Shown piece by piece: positions 60,601-64,000 of a stretch of 64,000 nucleotides of DNA (positions are counted from its first letter, which is position 1; the number at the start of each line of letters is the position of its first letter). The notes beneath the pieces were generated by a model, which saw only the letters and a program-made list of their open reading frames with translations, was not told the origin of the DNA and made no database searches. Made by a program: the position numbers and the translations under genes. The DNA is from Acutalibacteraceae bacterium (GTDB taxonomy: Bacteria; Bacillota; Clostridia; Oscillospirales; Acutalibacteraceae): contig JAZPZT010000004.1 of NCBI GenBank assembly GCA_045544815.1, forward strand, positions 1,171 to 65,170. The letters run 5' to 3'.

Positions 60601-62316
60601 GAGACCGGCGCCCATTACGCCAGCGTCTATGCCGACTTTGAGGACGGCTTTATCATCGACAACGCTGTCCGCCAGGGTTGGTACAAAGAGGACGGCAACT
60701 ACAAATACTACGTGGATCACAATGCCGTGACCGGCGTGCAGTACGTCCCCTCTCGTGAGGATGAGGCCACCAAGCTGTTCTATCAGTTCGACGAGAACGG
60801 TGTCTGCTTGGGTAAGATCAACGGCACCGTGAATTACGGCGACGGTCTCTACTACGCCGTCAACGGCGTGATGACCACCGGCTGGGTGTCCGGCTACGAC
60901 GCCGAGGGCAATCAGGTGGATTACTACTTCTTGCCCGCCACCGGCCGTGCCGTCAACGGTCAGCAGAAGATCGACGGTTACAACTACACCTTTACCGATT
61001 ACGTGCTGACCCGCGGCGATCTGGTGAAGGACGCCAACGGCACTCGTTATCGTTGGGCCGGTCAGTGGGTCCACGGCAAGTGGTTCCAGGTGGATGGTAA
61101 TTGGTACACCACCAAGAAGTACGTGTACTACGTGGTATCCGATGGCCTGTTCTACGTCCCCTGCCGTGACGTTCCCAACTGGGAGATGCACCTGTTTGAT
61201 GAAAACGGTATCTTCCAAGAGAATTACACCGGTTTGTATGAACAGAACGGCAATATTCATTACATCATCAACGGTAAACCTTGCCTGACATCCAAGTTGA
61301 TTTACGTGGATGGCTACTATTATTACGTGTCTTACACGGAAGGTAAGGTGTATACCAACCGCACTATGTGGGTGAACCGCACCGACGGCCTGTTGCCTGT
61401 GGGTCAGTACACCTTCGACGCCCAGGGACGTATGATCAATCCTCCCGTTCAGCCGGAAGATCCGGATCAGCCGGACGTTCCCACTCCGCCTGTCGATCCG
61501 AACGAGCCGGATACTCCCGTTATCCCCGATGAGCCGGCCAAGGACGGTATCGTCAGCGAGAACGGCGGCCTGTTCTACTACGAAAATGGCGTTTTGAAGA
61601 AGGGCGCCGGTTTGATTAAGTTCACCGATGCAACGAATCAGGAGTATTACATTTACGTCCGTTCTAACGGTCAGTTGGCGATTGGCTCCTATTGGGTGGA
61701 CATCACCAACGATCTGTTGCCTTCCGGCAACTACGTCTTCAATGCCAACGGTCAGTATTATCCTCCCACTGAGGAGCCCGAGGAGCCCGACGTGAAGAAC
61801 GGTGTCGTTCGTGATGATGACGGCAAGCTGTACTACTACGTCAATGGCGTTCGTCAAATCGGTTGCGGCGTGGTCAAGCTGACCGACGAGCTGGGTTTGA
61901 CCTATTACATTTACGTGCGTACCTCCAACAACCAGGTGGTTACCGGTACCTACTGGCCCACCGTGTGTAACGGTTATTTGACCCCTGCCTCTTACGATTG
62001 GGGCACCGATGGTCGTTACTATCCCGCAAGCCAGCCTACGGATCCCGAACCCGATCCCGAACCGGAACCCGATCCCGAACTGAAGAACGGCATCTTCAAG
62101 GAAGGCGACTATTACTACTACTACGTCAACGGCGTTAAGAAAAACGGCGGCGGCGTGTACAAACTGGTAGACGAAGAGGGCAAGACCTTCTACATCTATG
62201 TGCGTAGCAACGGTCGCTTAGCCACCGGCTATTACTGGCCCACCAATCACAACAACTTGTTAGAGTACAAGAAATACGATTGGGGTACCGACGGCAGATA
62301 CTATCCTGCCCAGTAA
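57619..62316 (+). CDS. 1,565-aa secreted protein with a phosphodiester glycosidase (NAGPA/DUF2233-like) domain, Ig-like domain, putative cell-wall-binding repeats and Pro/Glu-rich linkers
   Basis: It has a signal peptide MLKKATAKVLAMVLATLMVVGLFPMSAFA. The phosphodiester-glycosidase-like core lies at about 58600-59340 (ATNGDGFN...RTAIGIKADG...VNLDGGGSTT). A Big_2-like segment lies at about 59400-59640. The C-terminus carries aromatic-rich repeats. Confidence 0.8.
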   Translation: MLKKATAKVLAMVLATLMVVGLFPMSAFADTTNYPDFLANLKQLEVYADEFAAQSSRDPGELVLNFIRTGVERYQDGNWAALAGQEITVFTDYVAQQDAANGTNVMDLRDIVIDDFTLPNGNPSDFGHMFGTMNISYVNAAVQSDDLAGWAGDLCDLLYFSALYGQVPPSGTIEEMAAYIRENCFGVNADNAFGWDDFYGDMDAYYLVREYEAGNGSFSELMESYFTADLSDDDRSVYFLNNRFPGLTTRDEVRTALYNAYRTNVGIQILEADRDISDYSTMRQASCYAMADYLFDHAEGKLDAEGGEDDGEDEEKPENGYFSVFSTTSSVLAPGISQDIHYAMSADGKQMVYYVATVDVNRDDVTIMANYKDNDPSKGWGMQRVEDQVAAMVKNNAHVENFTPVVATNGDGFNTTTGEPAGLLVMNGKVWKPIDGDGFFGILKDGSAIIGTKADYDALSDEVVEGIGGFGSGKFLVWDGELASGATDGTRASRTAIGIKADGSVVMMVLDGRQEPFSCGGSLREIAQIMLEAGCVRAVNLDGGGSTTYMSKPEGSDQIKVVNRPSDGYARSVSGSLVAVSTAKSSKEFDRAIIESEYDYLTVGTELKLNAIGVNNIGSSAEIPEGAYWTVSDEAIGTIDENGLFTAADYGDVEIRFVVNGEVAGTKTLHVVVPETLEFTEKSLTLVYDKTTALPLLATYNGKPVKMNENDIFCGYLEEDPEAEGDMWPRAIFEGFNVTPRGESGARKMTVFAIVLENEDAYCEVNAAMFHENEATFDFDKATAGNRTLAWIREVLNTTTTDNFNYTVADPSQKVTLGYTFALDMNTIEIPAQMADIVFMLPNSDNQGDSAFGYMLALAERVSILTEVRITAQFDKDLDVDISELKVVNDYFALSSATVDENNLLTMVFNWIDRTEAIDVATANPLCIMSGIKATPKDDAWDGNEMVIANSGNVSYDVYLRASSLYSFAQKKENQEKYGLQPYSSSETGWEGGTETGAHYASVYADFEDGFIIDNAVRQGWYKEDGNYKYYVDHNAVTGVQYVPSREDEATKLFYQFDENGVCLGKINGTVNYGDGLYYAVNGVMTTGWVSGYDAEGNQVDYYFLPATGRAVNGQQKIDGYNYTFTDYVLTRGDLVKDANGTRYRWAGQWVHGKWFQVDGNWYTTKKYVYYVVSDGLFYVPCRDVPNWEMHLFDENGIFQENYTGLYEQNGNIHYIINGKPCLTSKLIYVDGYYYYVSYTEGKVYTNRTMWVNRTDGLLPVGQYTFDAQGRMINPPVQPEDPDQPDVPTPPVDPNEPDTPVIPDEPAKDGIVSENGGLFYYENGVLKKGAGLIKFTDATNQEYYIYVRSNGQLAIGSYWVDITNDLLPSGNYVFNANGQYYPPTEEPEEPDVKNGVVRDDDGKLYYYVNGVRQIGCGVVKLTDELGLTYYIYVRTSNNQVVTGTYWPTVCNGYLTPASYDWGTDGRYYPASQPTDPEPDPEPEPDPELKNGIFKEGDYYYYYVNGVKKNGGGVYKLVDEEGKTFYIYVRSNGRLATGYYWPTNHNNLLEYKKYDWGTDGRYYPAQ
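61540..62313 (+). repeat. Three tandem coding repeats of about 77 aa (61540-61767, 61795-62028, 62083-62313), plus a degenerate copy at about 61141-61447, separated by Pro/Glu/Asp linkers
   Basis: Each unit follows the pattern K[DN]G[IV]...YYY.NGV...G.G..K..D.....YYIYVR.....V.G.YW.......L......W...G.YYP. The linker at 62041-62080 is a GATCCCGAACC-type DNA microrepeat. Confidence 0.85.
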
Positions 62317-62420
62317 TCTATTTTTATTCCTTTATATAATGTAGGCGCGGGGACTTGCCCCGGCGGGTCCCCGCCAACCGCATTCAGTATATCCATATTA
62401 TACGAAAGGAAATGTGAGCC

Positions 62421-64000
62421 ATGAAACAATGGATCAAGCGCATCGGTGCGGTCATGCTGACGTTGGCAATGTTCGCATCGATGATCCCCGCCGTATTTGC
62501 GGCGAACACTTTAAACACCTCTGTGGCCGGTTTGACCGCCACTTGGGAGTATTCCAACCAGGGCGGCGGCTCCGCCACCTGGACTGCCAGCGGTACCTCT
62601 ATCTCTGCTACTACCAAGGGTACGGCTGCTAAGACGAACGTCTCCGACCTGACTCTGACCAACAATTCCGGTGCAGAGGCAGTGCTCAGCTTTAACTGGT
62701 CGCTGACCACCGGCGGTACCACCGCCGCCACCCGCGCCTCTCTGACCGGTGCGATCAATGTCAGCAATCAGGCCAGTGCCTCCGGCGAGTTCTCCCAGAC
62801 CTTAGCCGCCGGCGAGAGCATCCTCATTCAGCTGAAGTCCCCCCGTGGTGCTGCGTACAAGGGTACCTTCGCCATCACCGATTTGGCTCTGGTTGGCCTC
62901 AACGTGGCGGATCCCATCCTGACCTTCAAGCCCGTTACCGAGGGTGGTTCCTACACCCTGGACGGTGCTGCCGTCACCGCTGAAGTGGTGAAAGAGGTCG
63001 CTCTACAGACCGCTCTGCAGCTGTCTGCCACCGCCGATGAGGGCTACGTCTTCTACGGCTGGTACGACGCCAAGAGTGAGAAATACCTGTCCCAGGACGC
63101 CAACTTTAAACTGGTGGCTTCTGCGGACGCCGAGGTCTATCCCGTGTTCCTGTCCGATGATATCGCTCTGTTCGGCGTTGGTGCTGCGAAGTACGACAAC
63201 CTGACCGAGGCCGGTGCCGCCGCTGCGGCCAGCACCACCGACAAGACGGTTGTTCTGCTGAATGACGGCACCATCACCGGCAATCACGTGATTCCCGCCG
63301 GTGTCACCCTGCTGATCCCCTATGACGATGCCCATACTGCCCATGGCAACGTGCCCGCCTGCACCAGCTCCGACGGCAACGAGGTCAAGTGGACTCAGCC
63401 CTATGCCTATCGCACCCTGACCATGGCGGCGGATGCCTCCATCATCGTCAATGGTGCACTGGAAGTGGGCGGCCGTCACTCTGCCGCTGCGGCAGGCCGT
63501 CCTGCGGCTCCCACCGACGCACTGGGCTACATCTACATGACCGCCGGCTCTCACATCGAGGTCAACGGCGATCTGTATGCTTGGGGTTATATCTACGGTG
63601 ACGGTACCGTCACCGCCAACAACGGCGCCGGCATCTATGAGGTGTTCCAGATCACCGACCTGCGCGGCGGTAACGCCACCCTGGCTCTGGCCAGCGACAA
63701 GATGGTGTTCCCCATGACCCAGTACTACGTGCAGAACGTGGAGGTGGCTACCACCTACTACTATGGTGCCACCGCCTACATCTCTACCAGCTTCTTCCTG
63801 GCTTCTCAGTGCATCACCGCTCCTCCCATCAAGTTCATCGGTGATGACGCTATGTTCCAGACCGGTGCGGATTGCTACATCGTCAAAGAGTACGATCCCG
63901 CCACCGACACCCTGAATTTGGATGCCTACGGCGATTGTACCCTGTCCTCCATCGTAGTGTCCCTGGCCGGTAACACCGTGGATTCCACCAACTTTATCCT
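62421..64000 (+). CDS. Secreted protein, 3' end outside window, with an InlB-B-repeat-like segment; absent from the supplied ORF track
   Basis: ATG at 62421 lies 10 nt after the GAAAGGAAA stretch (62404-62412); its AAGGA core is about 12 nt upstream of the ATG. The signal peptide is MKQWIKRIGAVMLTLAMFASMIPAVFA. I read the frame open, with no stop, from 62421 to 64000. The GYVFYGWYD motif is present, and third codon positions are GC-rich as in neighbouring genes. Confidence 0.75.
   Translation, partial: MKQWIKRIGAVMLTLAMFASMIPAVFAANTLNTSVAGLTATWEYSNQGGGSATWTASGTSISATTKGTAAKTNVSDLTLTNNSGAEAVLSFNWSLTTGGTTAATRASLTGAINVSNQASASGEFSQTLAAGESILIQLKSPRGAAYKGTFAITDLALVGLNVADPILTFKPVTEGGSYTLDGAAVTAEVVKEVALQTALQLSATADEGYVFYGWYDAKSEKYLSQDANFKLVASADAEVYPVFLSDDIALFGVGAAKYDNLTEAGAAAAASTTDKTVVLLNDGTITGNHVIPAGVTLLIPYDDAHTAHGNVPACTSSDGNEVKWTQPYAYRTLTMAADASIIVNGALEVGGRHSAAAAGRPAAPTDALGYIYMTAGSHIEVNGDLYAWGYIYGDGTVTANNGAGIYEVFQITDLRGGNATLALASDKMVFPMTQYYVQNVEVATTYYYGATAYISTSFFLASQCITAPPIKFIGDDAMFQTGADCYIVKEYDPATDTLNLDAYGDCTLSSIVVSLAGNTVDSTNFI

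Noticed and set aside
59623-61857. 744-aa minus-strand ORF
   Set aside because: It is antisense to the signal-peptide-bearing phosphodiester glycosidase gene. The translation is repetitive and V/G/H/D-rich with no recognisable domain.
62384-63554. Track ORFs 62384-62767(-), 62414-62632(+) and 63003-63554(-)
   Set aside because: The frame starting at 62421(+) supersedes them. It has an RBS, a signal peptide and gene-like codon bias, and it stays open to the window end.
1-64000. tRNA, rRNA, CRISPR arrays, toxin-antitoxin pairs, restriction-modification genes
   Set aside because: Nothing I could support by eye. There are no regularly spaced direct repeats, no cloverleaf-like GC-rich 75-nt units in intergenic regions, and no methyltransferase or endonuclease motifs.

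Overview
The window reads as chromosome from a high-GC, spore-forming Firmicute. It is probably a Clostridia/Oscillospirales-type genome, inferred from spoIIAA-spoIIAB-sigF, glgD, a Cys T-box, a Cheo-type LexA box and cre sites. About 1-41.5 kb is tightly packed core metabolism and information processing. It holds rapZ-whiA-dnaE, a YbiT-like ABC-F, a T-box-led cysE-cysS-malic enzyme-mntP string, and pgsA/rimO/recX/recA. It also holds prmC, mtnN, two M16 peptidases, lgt, folD, pfkA, fused ispDF, the spoIIA operon, glgBCDA, polA, metY-metA and an HD dGTPase-like gene. From about 41.5 kb to the end the character turns accessory: a lower-GC LtaS-like sulfatase, an unknown membrane protein, and a monocistronic 1,622-aa protein. 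That protein has a DUF4062-like head, a P-loop STAND NTPase, about 1,000 aa of TPR-like repeats and a distinct C-terminal domain (44774-49642). I rate it the best candidate for an undescribed NLR-type defence or signalling system. It is followed by a cell-wall glycopolymer locus (Wzz, LCP, priming transferase, Wzy-like, GT2, LicD, GT-A, GT4). That locus ends in a 1,565-aa secreted phosphodiester-glycosidase protein with repeats, then a second secreted protein that runs off the window and is missing from the ORF track. No rRNA, tRNA, CRISPR array, transposase or integrase was seen. Many long ORFs in the track are antisense shadow ORFs typical of high-GC DNA and were rejected. All calls rest on reading the sequence and recognising motifs; no searches were run.
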